Source of the DNA: a virus
Length of the DNA stretch: 40,420 nucleotides
Strand: one strand, 5' to 3'
Virus record (IMG/VR): IMGVR_UViG_3300045988_016800
Coordinates: 1 to 40,420 of that record
Below the pieces are notes generated by a model. The model saw only the letters and a program-made list of their open reading frames with translations. It had not been told where the DNA came from and made no database searches. Position numbers and translations under genes: made by a program. Position 1 is the first letter of the stretch. The number at the start of each line of letters is the position of its first letter. Positions 7,731 to 16,157 of the stretch are shown here, piece by piece.

Positions 7731-8578
7731 TCGCCCGCGTATTCCCGCGTAAAACGGCCATGTCGCCGACAGATGCGCTGGCGTTCTTCGGTCCGCCGAC
7801 AATCGAAAATATCGCCGACTGCATCAAGGCGGGCGTGATAGAGGTACATATCTCCGTAACGTTTACGTGGGATCTCGAAAAGGCCGAAGATCTGTACTAC
7901 GCATGGCAGATCCTCGGAGTTCCGGTGGAGGTCGGCGGCCCGGCGTTTGATGATCGCATGGGAGACTTTACGCCAGGGCTGTATCTGCGGGACGGAATGA
8001 TCTTCACCTCGCGCGGTTACACAAAGGATTGCTGGTTTTGCTCCGTGCCGCGCTGCGCACACGGAGAAATCAAAGAGCTGCCGATCGTGGACGGCTGGAA
8101 TATCCTCGACGACAACATCCTCGCCACGTCGGAGCAGCATTTCCGAGCTGTCTGCGCCATGCTCAAGCGGCAGAAGCACCCGGCAGTATTCTCAGGCGGA
8201 CTGGAACCGGCGCTGCTCCAGCAGTGGCAGGCGGATTTGCTGCACGAGGTAAACCCAGCACGGCTTTATACAGCCTATGACACAAAGGACGATCTGGAAC
8301 CGCTCATCGAAATGGGCAGGAAACTGCGGGCAGCCGGTTTCCGCCCGGCACGACACGCCATGTGCTGCTATGTGCTGTGCGGCTACGACGGAGATAGCTT
8401 TGAGGATGCTGAAAAGCGCCTGATGCAGACCATGCAAGCGGGATTTGTGCCGTATGCCATGCTGTTTCGCGGAGAGGACGGAAAGTATGATCCGGAATGG
8501 CGACGTTTCCAGCGCGAATGGTGCCGCCCGATTATCACTGGGAAAAAGTTCAACGAATTTTGGAAGGAGACGACATGA
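7727..8578 (+). CDS. Uncharacterised phage protein with a degenerate radical-SAM-like Cys motif
   Basis: 283 aa. ATGA overlap with the PAPS-reductase-like gene. FTSRGYTKDCWFCSVPRC resembles the SRGCxxxCxFC loop, with Tyr at the first Cys position. Confidence 0.4.
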   Translation: MIARVFPRKTAMSPTDALAFFGPPTIENIADCIKAGVIEVHISVTFTWDLEKAEDLYYAWQILGVPVEVGGPAFDDRMGDFTPGLYLRDGMIFTSRGYTKDCWFCSVPRCAHGEIKELPIVDGWNILDDNILATSEQHFRAVCAMLKRQKHPAVFSGGLEPALLQQWQADLLHEVNPARLYTAYDTKDDLEPLIEMGRKLRAAGFRPARHAMCCYVLCGYDGDSFEDAEKRLMQTMQAGFVPYAMLFRGEDGKYDPEWRRFQREWCRPIITGKKFNEFWKETT

Positions 8579-8931
8579 CAGAAAAGGAAATCGTGCAGGC
8601 GCTGCGGTGCTGTGCAGAGGGCGATTGCAAAGGCTGCGCCAGGCAGGAGGATAAGCAGCGCTGCCAAGAGAATTTATTGGCCAAAGCCGCTGAAACCATC
8701 GAGCGCCTGACCGCCGAGAACGCGGCGCTGAAAAAGGAGATTCGGAAAGCTGGCTGCATGTTTTGTGCGAGGTTTGGGGATTGCCCGGAAGGGTTTAAGC
8801 CGACCGGCCAAGAAGACTGCGATAATTGCGCGAAGAAACCGGATTGCGCGTGCATGACATGCTCCGGAATCGGGAGCAGCACAGACAACTGGGAATGGCG
8901 CGGCGCGCCGGAGGAAGTAGGCAAGGCATGA
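8575..8931 (+). CDS. Hypothetical Cys-rich protein
   Basis: ATG 8575 overlaps the upstream TGA. 118 aa with 14 Cys (CCAEGDCKGC, CMFC, CDNC, CACMTC) flanking a coiled-coil-like stretch. Confidence 0.6.
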   Translation: MTEKEIVQALRCCAEGDCKGCARQEDKQRCQENLLAKAAETIERLTAENAALKKEIRKAGCMFCARFGDCPEGFKPTGQEDCDNCAKKPDCACMTCSGIGSSTDNWEWRGAPEEVGKA

Positions 8932-9359
8932 GTAAAGCTGTCTTGATCAGCATTCGCCCGGAGTGGGCTCGGAAGATCCTGAACGGGAGTAAAACGGTCG
9001 AAATCCGCAAGACCGCGCCGAAGTGCGGTGTGCCGTTTAAGTGCTACATCTACAAACGCGGAAACGGCAAAGTCGTCGGGGAATTTCTGTGCGATGAGAT
9101 CATCAACATTAACGGCGCGGGAAGGATCCCGTCGGATGCTGCGTGGCCAACCTGCCTAGAGCCTGCGGAGCTGCACCAGTATCTCGGAGCTGCCACCGGC
9201 TTCGGCTGGCACATCTCAGATTTGCGCGTTTACGATCACCCGCGCAATCTGTGGGAGTTTACCGGCCTGCGGGAGACAAAATTCGGCCTTGCGCCCGGGC
9301 CAATCACCCGCCCGCCGCAGAGCTGGCGGTATGTGGAGGAAGAGACATGGAACGACTGA
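8928..9359 (+). CDS. ASCH (PUA-like) domain protein
   Basis: ATG 8928 overlaps the upstream TGA. N-terminus KAVLISIRPEWARKILNGSKTVEIRKT is typical of ASCH domains. Confidence 0.65.
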   Translation: MSKAVLISIRPEWARKILNGSKTVEIRKTAPKCGVPFKCYIYKRGNGKVVGEFLCDEIININGAGRIPSDAAWPTCLEPAELHQYLGAATGFGWHISDLRVYDHPRNLWEFTGLRETKFGLAPGPITRPPQSWRYVEEETWND

Positions 9360-10000
9360 CAAGTCCTAATATCAACGTAGACCCGGGCACCGACCGATTT
9401 CTGCACGCCGCGATCGGCGGCAAGGAAATCGACTGGAAGCAGAGCCGGGACAGCACGCTCAACGTGATGATCAACGGCCCAACGAGCAACGGCTTTGGCA
9501 AGGATATTTTCCGCAAGATGGCCCGCGATCTGTACGGACGGCTGAAAGCCTACGAGGACACAGGATGGACACCGGAGATGCTGCGTAAGATGGGCGAAAA
9601 TGCTGGGCATCTGTGGGATTTCGCGCAGGCTGCGGAAAACATGACGGTCGGACGGTTGAAAGAGCTTGCCGAGGCCGACAAGGACGGGCGCGTGGTGGTG
9701 CTGCCGCCTGAGGAAAGAACGTTAGATTTTCCATCAAAATACACTGAAATACGCGCATTGTACCATTTTTGCGTCGATCTTGGAATCAAATGCACGATAG
9801 AGCACCTGTACGACGGCTATGCAGTGCGTTTCCCGGACGGAAGTGACTTCGCACAGCATTATGGCACATATGGCGGGACGGAAGGATGCGTTGAACCGGC
9901 TATCGGGGACTCCGAATTTGACTATACTGCAGTCGGCTTGAACCTCGCGAAGGAGCTCGTGAAGAAGCACAAAGGAAAATTGGAGGCCGACCATGCATGA
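9347..10000 (+). CDS. Hypothetical protein
   Basis: ATG 9347. 217 aa. MERLT...YEDTGWTPEML...KDGRVVVLP resembles a common Firmicutes-phage N-terminal module of unknown function. Confidence 0.6.
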   Translation: MERLTSPNINVDPGTDRFLHAAIGGKEIDWKQSRDSTLNVMINGPTSNGFGKDIFRKMARDLYGRLKAYEDTGWTPEMLRKMGENAGHLWDFAQAAENMTVGRLKELAEADKDGRVVVLPPEERTLDFPSKYTEIRALYHFCVDLGIKCTIEHLYDGYAVRFPDGSDFAQHYGTYGGTEGCVEPAIGDSEFDYTAVGLNLAKELVKKHKGKLEADHA

Positions 10001-10313
10001 CGAATACATCAGCCGCGAGGCGGCGGTGAAAGCGGCCAATGAATGGGTAAGCGAGGCGTGCATGGCACCCGTGATGAGGGTAAGCCGATTGCTCGATAAA
10101 CTGCAAAAAGTGCCCGCTGCCGACGTTGCGGAGGTGGTGCGGTGTAAGGACTGCGAACACGCCGAACGGTATGAGCGGACAGATGGAACCGCAGGCTATT
10201 ACTGCGGACACCCGCAAAACACCTTCGCCTATGGTGAGTACTGGGATCGTGTATTCAAACCGGTAAAAGAGGCAGACGATTTTTGCAGCTACGGAGAACG
10301 GAGGGAAGAATGA
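9993..10313 (+). CDS. Hypothetical protein
   Basis: 106 aa. SD ggagg. ISREAAVKA...VPAADVAEVVRCKDCEH...FCSYGERRE. Confidence 0.6.
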   Translation: MHDEYISREAAVKAANEWVSEACMAPVMRVSRLLDKLQKVPAADVAEVVRCKDCEHAERYERTDGTAGYYCGHPQNTFAYGEYWDRVFKPVKEADDFCSYGERREE

Positions 10314-10864
10314 ACATTACACTTTTGAAATATCCCACCGATGAGGACTGGGCATTTGCAAAACAGTGCGCTTTAGTCACCATCGGCAAAGAGATGAAAA
10401 CAGCACCGGACATGGAGTGGAAACACGCCATTCTCCGGGCGCAGCACAGCCCTATTCGGACTCTGCAATTCGCGTTTTACTTGGAGGGTGTGCCGTACTG
10501 GGTAAGCACCCATTTAGCCCGCCACGTCCACGCACAGCCGTTTATCCGGTCACAGCGGAATGACCGGCAGGACGAATACGACCGGAACGCAGCGCGGCAG
10601 GACGCGCCTGTGAACATGATCTGGTACATGAACGCGGAAGAGCTGATGACGATCATGGAAAAGCGGTTGTGCCATCTGGCGGCGAAGGAGACACGCAAAG
10701 TCGCCAAAAAGATCCGCGAGCTAGTGATTGAGCAATGCCCGGAGTTTGTCGACCTTTTGGCCCCTCCGTGTGTGCAAACGCTCGTTTGCAGGGAAATGTA
10801 CCCGTGTAAATACGAAAACGTTCTGACATGGAGGGAACCATATGGGAACGATACTGGCGATTGA
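10310..10864 (+). CDS. Divergent ThyX-like (flavin-dependent thymidylate synthase fold) protein
   Basis: ATG 10310 overlaps the upstream TGA. HSPIRTLQFAFYLEGVPYWVSTHLARHVHAQPFIRSQR aligns by eye with the ThyX core, but the RHR signature reads RHV. Confidence 0.5.
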   Translation: MNITLLKYPTDEDWAFAKQCALVTIGKEMKTAPDMEWKHAILRAQHSPIRTLQFAFYLEGVPYWVSTHLARHVHAQPFIRSQRNDRQDEYDRNAARQDAPVNMIWYMNAEELMTIMEKRLCHLAAKETRKVAKKIRELVIEQCPEFVDLLAPPCVQTLVCREMYPCKYENVLTWREPYGNDTGD

Positions 10865-11351
10865 CCCCGGCAATATTCAATCCGGCTATGTAATCGTAGA
10901 GCATGACGGCGAGGAGATCCGCCGCGTGCTGGAGGTCGGGAAAATTGAGAACAATGTGCTGCTCCCGCTAATCGCGCAGAAGCTTTACGGGAACGGATAC
11001 GACGTGGCAATCGAAATGATTGCTGGCATGGGCATGACGGTAGGCCAAGAGGTTTTTGACACCTGCGTCTGGATCGGGCGGTTCTGGCAGACCGTATTGT
11101 GGCAGGCTGGATATGGGCCGACGCAGATATTCCGCCGGGAAGAAAAGCTTGATCTGTGCGGTTCACTATCGGCCAAAGATGCAAACATCCGGCAGGCCCT
11201 TGTCGACCGCTACGCGCTCGGCCAGCCGAACTTCGGAAAGGGAACGAAAAAGGATCCCGGTTTCTTCTACGGGTTCGCCGCCGACATGTGGGCGGCTATG
11301 GCCGTTGCAACCACATATTTCGATAAGTACATCAAGGGGGTAAAGCTGTAA
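10842..11351 (+). CDS. RuvC-like Holliday junction resolvase
   Basis: 169 aa. SD ggaggga. N-terminal ILAIDPGNIQSGYV (catalytic Asp motif) and central AIEMIAGMG. Confidence 0.75.
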   Translation: MGTILAIDPGNIQSGYVIVEHDGEEIRRVLEVGKIENNVLLPLIAQKLYGNGYDVAIEMIAGMGMTVGQEVFDTCVWIGRFWQTVLWQAGYGPTQIFRREEKLDLCGSLSAKDANIRQALVDRYALGQPNFGKGTKKDPGFFYGFAADMWAAMAVATTYFDKYIKGVKL

Positions 11352-11390
11352 TGGCAAATATCACGGCGGCCTGCCCCGGTTTGCGGGAAG

Positions 11391-11687
11391 GTGTTTACAC
11401 GGCCTTGCAAACCGCGCGCGGATGGCCGGTATCTCTGCAGCCGGGCGTGTGCCGGGGCATGGCGCAAGCTGCATCCCATCTGTACGGGCAAGCGGCGAGA
11501 TCGCGCATGGGATGAGGTACAAATCCAAATCACAGCAATCATTCCGGTCTATCCCGCCATGCGTCCGCGCATGGGCGAAGTGTACGACGCGGAAAAATAT
11601 GAATACGTCAGCAGCATGCCCGGCTATGTTGTGCGCGTCGGTGACAAACGGGTCTGTGTGAGGGTGGACGAATGCAGGGAGATTTAA
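11391..11687 (+). CDS. Zinc-ribbon-like small protein; N-terminus apparently displaced by a 1-nt frameshift (see findings)
   Basis: GTG 11391 ORF of 98 aa has no SD. The in-frame upstream codons read ...PVCGKVFTRPCKPRADGRYLCSRAC. A well-placed ATG at 11351 lies in the +1-shifted frame. Confidence 0.45.
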   Translation: MFTRPCKPRADGRYLCSRACAGAWRKLHPICTGKRRDRAWDEVQIQITAIIPVYPAMRPRMGEVYDAEKYEYVSSMPGYVVRVGDKRVCVRVDECREI

Positions 11688-11905
11688 GAATCAGCCCGTA
11701 TTCCGCTCCGTGTAAGGATTGCCCCGAAAAGGGCTGCGGACCGAAGCATGCCACGTGCGAGGCATACATAGCATACCGCAAGGCTGCGGACGAGTACAAA
11801 AAAAGCAAGGTAGAACGCACAGAGCGCGGGATGGAAACAAGCGGCAAGTCCGCCAGAGCGCGGAAATACGATAGGGCAAAACGCGAAGGGAGGGTACATT
11901 ATTGA
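11672..11905 (+). CDS. Hypothetical small Cys-containing protein
   Basis: 77 aa. SD gagggtgga. CKDCPEKGCGPKHATCEAY. Confidence 0.6.
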   Translation: MQGDLRISPYSAPCKDCPEKGCGPKHATCEAYIAYRKAADEYKKSKVERTERGMETSGKSARARKYDRAKREGRVHY

Positions 11906-12396
11906 TGGAACAGATTAAGGGGGCAAAGTACGACGAGGGCAAGCCTCGCCCGTCGCTCGTGCCGGTGGCGGCTATCGAGGCGATCATGCATGTTCGGGAG
12001 TTCGGCAAGGCAAAATACGCCGATGCGGAGGACTGGCGCAAGGTACCGCGTGAGAAGTGGCTGGACGCCCTTCTGCGCCACGTACTGCATATCTGGGATA
12101 ATCCGCTGGCGCTCGACGATGAGAGCGGCTTACCGGCTCTGTGGCATGTTATAACTAACGCTGCGTTTCTGTGCGCGGCGTACAAGGACGATTTATCCAA
12201 TGCACAGTTGAAGTGGGCAAAGGACGTGCTATATAAGGAGGCGACGCAATGCGAGGAACTGGATATGCCGGGACTGGTCTGCACGGAGGAGCTTTGTGAT
12301 TGCTTCTCGACGCGATGTGAAAACAACTGCACGAAATATTTGGACGTTCAGGACTGCAAACAGGTAGACCCGGACAGCCCGGAGGCGCGGCCATGA
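11905..12396 (+). CDS. dATP/dGTP-pyrophosphohydrolase-like (DUF5664-like) domain protein with Cys-rich C-terminus
   Basis: KYDEGKPRPSLVPVAAIEAIMHVREFGKAKY...WLDALLRHVLHIW...DESGLPALWHVITNAAFL matches my memory of this domain. TTG 11902 is an alternative start. Confidence 0.5.
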   Translation: MEQIKGAKYDEGKPRPSLVPVAAIEAIMHVREFGKAKYADAEDWRKVPREKWLDALLRHVLHIWDNPLALDDESGLPALWHVITNAAFLCAAYKDDLSNAQLKWAKDVLYKEATQCEELDMPGLVCTEELCDCFSTRCENNCTKYLDVQDCKQVDPDSPEARP

Positions 12397-12683
12397 GCAA
12401 GCCGCGCTACGGCTGGTGGCCCTATGCGAAATGGATGATCCGCAGCTACAAGGGCGGAGGTCTCATGACAAAGGACGAACGCGCCGCGGTCGAAGCTGCA
12501 GTCAAAGAGACAGAGCAGCTGGCCGACGGCGGCGAGCGCCTGCGGCTGATCGATCTCGTCCTCTGGAAGCGGACGCACACGCTGCAGGGGGCTGCGCTTG
12601 CGTGCTACGTCTCGGAGCGTACCGCGCAGGAGTGGCACAGGCAATTTATTCGGCTGGTGGGGCAAAAACGGGGGCTTTTGTAA
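12393..12683 (+). CDS. Putative late-gene transcriptional activator (sigma-70 region-4-like HTH, RinA/ArpU-like position)
   Basis: 96 aa. Last gene before the packaging module. RLRLIDLVLWKRTHTLQGAALACYVSERTAQEWHRQFIRLV. Confidence 0.5.
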   Translation: MSKPRYGWWPYAKWMIRSYKGGGLMTKDERAAVEAAVKETEQLADGGERLRLIDLVLWKRTHTLQGAALACYVSERTAQEWHRQFIRLVGQKRGLL

Positions 12684-12723
12684 AAAAGTCTGCGTCCCAG
12701 AGCCAAAAATATGGTTTACAGTT

Positions 12724-12750
12724 AGGAGCGTAGAGATATTCTACGCTCCT
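12724..12750 (+). terminator. Hairpin after the late regulator gene (weak intrinsic terminator candidate)
   Basis: 11-bp stem aggagcgtaga / tctacgctcct with a 5-nt loop, followed by the only moderately T-rich cgtttcattcctttcc. Confidence 0.4.
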
Positions 12751-12805
12751 CGTTTCATTCCTTTCCATCGGCTACGCAGCGTTCTGCGGATCTTTTCTCC
12801 TCCTT

Positions 12806-12863
12806 GTTCCTGTATTCTCCGGTATAAATAAATTTATTTATTTATACCAGGAGATACAGGAAC
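12806..12863. repeat. 58-bp imperfect palindrome upstream of the packaging genes
   Basis: gttcctgtat-t-ctcc-ggtataaataaat tt atttatttatacc-a-ggag-atacaggaac. 27 paired positions per arm, one bulge each. Confidence 0.9.
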
Positions 12864-12889
12864 GAAAGGGCGAAACAAAGGAGGCCAAT

Positions 12890-13126
12890 ATGGCGAGTTT
12901 ACGCGCCCTTGCTTACAAGCTGCAAACTGCGCTGATGCACAAGGGCATCAAGATAAAAATCAATCAAATGCAGGCATATTCCGAGAAAAGGGACAGGATG
13001 GTGACAAAATACGTGGTTTACGAGTACAGACCTGATGAAAAACCGAAGAATGTCACTTTGCTGGAGACCTACCAGATCGCGGATGTGGTAAAACTGCTGG
13101 CCAGCCGTTATAGCGATGGCGGATGA
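12890..13126 (+). CDS. Hypothetical small protein preceding terS
   Basis: 78 aa. SD aaggagg. Confidence 0.65.
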   Translation: MASLRALAYKLQTALMHKGIKIKINQMQAYSEKRDRMVTKYVVYEYRPDEKPKNVTLLETYQIADVVKLLASRYSDGG

Positions 13127-13499
13127 AAAGCTCACGCCGAAGCAGAAACGATTCTGCGAAGAATATTTAAAGTCTGGAAATGCAACAGAAGCCGCGAAAA
13201 AGGCAGGGTATAAAGAAAGCTCCGCATGCGAAATTGGGAATCAAAACTTAAGAAAACTACAGATTTCTTCCTATATTAAGCGAAGAATGGAAGAACAGGA
13301 CGCCGCGCTGGTCGCTGACGCAAACGAAGTGCTGCAATTTTATTCTGCTGTTATGCGCGGAGAGGTCAAAGACCAATTTGGCATTGATGCTTCGCTTTCC
13401 GACCGCCTGAAAGCCGCTGACAGTCTGTCAAAACGCCTGGCCGCAGCAGAGCTTAAACCAAATGCGGAAAATGCAGTGCGGGTGATTATCGATGTCTGA
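13116..13499 (+). CDS. terS: Terminase small subunit
   Basis: 127 aa. LTPKQKRFCEEYLKSGNATEAAKKAGY is the typical Terminase_2 HTH. Directly upstream of terL. Confidence 0.85.
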   Translation: MADEKLTPKQKRFCEEYLKSGNATEAAKKAGYKESSACEIGNQNLRKLQISSYIKRRMEEQDAALVADANEVLQFYSAVMRGEVKDQFGIDASLSDRLKAADSLSKRLAAAELKPNAENAVRVIIDV

Positions 13500-14736
13500 T
13501 GTTCGATTATCCGAAAAGATCGGGCCCGCCTTTTATGGCGTGGCACGTGACGTATTCCAGCATGGGCATACGCACTACGATGAGAGTGGCGGGCGAGGTT
13601 CGCTGAAATCCTCGTTTGTGTCCATCATCGTCCCAACCCTGCTTATGCAGGAGGAAAACAGGAACTGCCACGCTCTGGTGCTTCGCAAGGTCGCGAATAC
13701 CATTCGTGATAGCGTTTATGCACAGTATGTCTGGGCAATCGGGGAACTTGGCGCGGCAGAATATTGGGAGGCGAAAGTCTCTCCGATGGAGCTGATCTAT
13801 AAGCCTACAGGACAGAAGATCATGTTCCGAGGCGCGGACGACCCGATGAAGATCAAATCCATCAAGGTCCCGTTCGGCTATATTGCTGTTACGCACTTTG
13901 AGGAAAAAGACCAGTTTGCCGGGCGGGCGGAAATCCGAACGATTTTGCAGTCTACAATGCGCGGCGGGTCGAAGTTCTGGAATTTCGAGAGCTATAACCC
14001 GCCAATCAGCCGCGACAACTGGGCAAACAAAGATAGCCTGGAAGAGCGCGCTGATCGGCTGTGCCACAAATCTACATACTTGGAGGCCCCGCCCGAGTGG
14101 CTGGGCGAACAGTTTATTTCTGAGGCCGAACATCTGAAGGCCACGGACGAGCGGGCATATCAGCACGAATACCTCGGCATTCCGGTTGGCACAGGCGGCA
14201 ACGTTTTCGACAAGTTGGAGCTGCGGGAGATCACGGACGACGAGGTAAAAAGATTCGATAAGATCTACCAGGGCGTTGACTTCGGCTGGTTCCCGGATCC
14301 GTTTGCTTTTATCCGGCTGTATTATGACAAGGCACGGGAAACAATCTATCTGCTCGACGAGATATACCAGAATAAGCTATCCAACGAGCAGAGCGCAACG
14401 ATGATCAAGAAGCGCGGATATGGGAACGTGCGCATCGTCTGTGATAGCGCAGAGCCAAAGAGTGTCGCTGACCTTCGGGCTATGGGGCTTCCATCATACG
14501 AAGCTATCAAAGGTCCCGGGTCAGTCGAGTATGGAATGAAGTTTCTGCAGCGCAGAACGATTGTTATTGACAAAAAACGAACGCCGCACGCTTATGATGA
14601 GTTTGTCGGCTACGAATACGAAAGGAACAAAGACGGCGATATCATCAGCGGGTACCCAGACGCGAACAATCACCTGATCGACGCGACGCGGTATGCCCTA
14701 GAGCCCGTAAGCCGCAGAATGGGAGTTATTGCATGA
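13492..14736 (+). CDS. terL: Terminase large subunit (PBSX-type)
   Basis: 414 aa. Walker-like GGRGSLKS, then a C-terminal nuclease region with DFGW...DP and DANNHLIDATRYAL. Confidence 0.9.
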   Translation: MSDVRLSEKIGPAFYGVARDVFQHGHTHYDESGGRGSLKSSFVSIIVPTLLMQEENRNCHALVLRKVANTIRDSVYAQYVWAIGELGAAEYWEAKVSPMELIYKPTGQKIMFRGADDPMKIKSIKVPFGYIAVTHFEEKDQFAGRAEIRTILQSTMRGGSKFWNFESYNPPISRDNWANKDSLEERADRLCHKSTYLEAPPEWLGEQFISEAEHLKATDERAYQHEYLGIPVGTGGNVFDKLELREITDDEVKRFDKIYQGVDFGWFPDPFAFIRLYYDKARETIYLLDEIYQNKLSNEQSATMIKKRGYGNVRIVCDSAEPKSVADLRAMGLPSYEAIKGPGSVEYGMKFLQRRTIVIDKKRTPHAYDEFVGYEYERNKDGDIISGYPDANNHLIDATRYALEPVSRRMGVIA

Positions 14737-16157
14737 CGGTTATCGATAAGCTGAAAGAGCTTGGATATACAACGATCCCGGAGGATTTTTATACATACGT
14801 ATCCCTTTGGAAGTCGTGGTATGTTGGCAAAGTCAAGGGCTTCCATCAGTATCGACGCTATAACGGCCACAAGTGGACAAAATGCAACCGCGCAAGTCTC
14901 GGCATGGCGAAAAAGGTCTGCGAAGACTGGGCAAATCTTCTGATGAATGAGAAAGTCCAGATCACGCTCAAAGGCCGGAGAGAGCAGGAGTTTGTCGACA
15001 GAGTTCTGACGGCAAACAACTTTACGGTCAAGTCGAACGAGATGCAGGAAATGAAATCTGCACTCGGAACCGTGGCATACATCCCCCGCGTAGTAGGTCA
15101 AGCTGTCAACGAGAGCGGCGAGATCGTGCGGGGCGAAGCTTCTAGCATCGAGCTAGACTATGTGACGATCGAACATATTTTCCCGCTGGCTTGGCAAAAC
15201 GGAATTATTACGGAATGCGCGTTCGACAGCATGGTCACGCGGACAGGAAAGAATTACCTGTACTTGCAAATCCATCGGAAGGACGAAAACGGCCTTTACG
15301 TCATCGAGAACAGTATTTACCGCTACGAAAACGAGACGCTTTCTGACGCTCTGCTGACAGAGGTTCCGGGATTTGAGCGGATCCCTCCCGTGGTGCATAC
15401 GGGAAGCGACAAGCGGCAGTTTGTCATCGACCGGCCGAACATTGCAAATAACCTTGATTATCTGCTTCCGGTTGGCATTTCCGTGTATGCGAATGCAATC
15501 GATGTTCTGTGCGGTGTGGATTGCGCCTATGACTGTTACGTCAATGAGTTTGAAAACGGCCCAATGATGATGATGATCAAAATGCCCGCTACAAGGTGGG
15601 AGGACGACGAACCGACGCTTGATGACAATGATCGGCGCTTTTATCTGCTCCCGGAAGATACACAGCAAGGGAACGTTGTGGAGACGATTTCCCCGACCCT
15701 TCGGACGGAACAACTGAATGTGGGCCTGCAAGACCATCTGAACATGCTGTCCAGTAAGTGTGGCTTCGGAGAGACTTATTACCGTTTTAATGGCGGTAGC
15801 GTCGCGACAGCCACACAGGTCATCAGCGAGAACAGCACCATGTTCCGCACCATCAAAAAGCATGAAATTGTTCTCGAACAGGTGCTTGTAGAACTATGCC
15901 GGATCCTTCTCCGGCTTGGGAATACCGCGATGAACGCGGGGCTGAACGAGGATGTGGAGATCAGCATTGATTTCGACGATTCTATCATTGAGGATAAGGC
16001 CACTGACTTTTCTCGCGATATGCAGCTTCTTAATGCTGGGATTATGAACGACTGGGAGTTCCGCATGAAGTGGATGAACGAAGACGAGGAGACCGCAAAA
16101 GCAGCACTTCCCAAAATGCAGGATATGACGACCGATGGGCAGGATGAGGTCGAGTAA
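14733..16157 (+). CDS. Portal protein (SPP1 gp6-like)
   Basis: 474 aa. ATGA overlap with terL. WKSWYVGKVKGFHQYRRYNG...SLGMAKKVCEDWANLLMNEKV is typical of this portal family. Confidence 0.9.
   Translation: MTVIDKLKELGYTTIPEDFYTYVSLWKSWYVGKVKGFHQYRRYNGHKWTKCNRASLGMAKKVCEDWANLLMNEKVQITLKGRREQEFVDRVLTANNFTVKSNEMQEMKSALGTVAYIPRVVGQAVNESGEIVRGEASSIELDYVTIEHIFPLAWQNGIITECAFDSMVTRTGKNYLYLQIHRKDENGLYVIENSIYRYENETLSDALLTEVPGFERIPPVVHTGSDKRQFVIDRPNIANNLDYLLPVGISVYANAIDVLCGVDCAYDCYVNEFENGPMMMMIKMPATRWEDDEPTLDDNDRRFYLLPEDTQQGNVVETISPTLRTEQLNVGLQDHLNMLSSKCGFGETYYRFNGGSVATATQVISENSTMFRTIKKHEIVLEQVLVELCRILLRLGNTAMNAGLNEDVEISIDFDDSIIEDKATDFSRDMQLLNAGIMNDWEFRMKWMNEDEETAKAALPKMQDMTTDGQDEVE

Noticed and set aside
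12598-12831. 77-aa plus-strand ORF spanning the regulator gene's 3' end and the intergenic region.
   Set aside because: It overlaps 12393..12683 out of frame and runs through the hairpin and into the palindrome. It has no SD.
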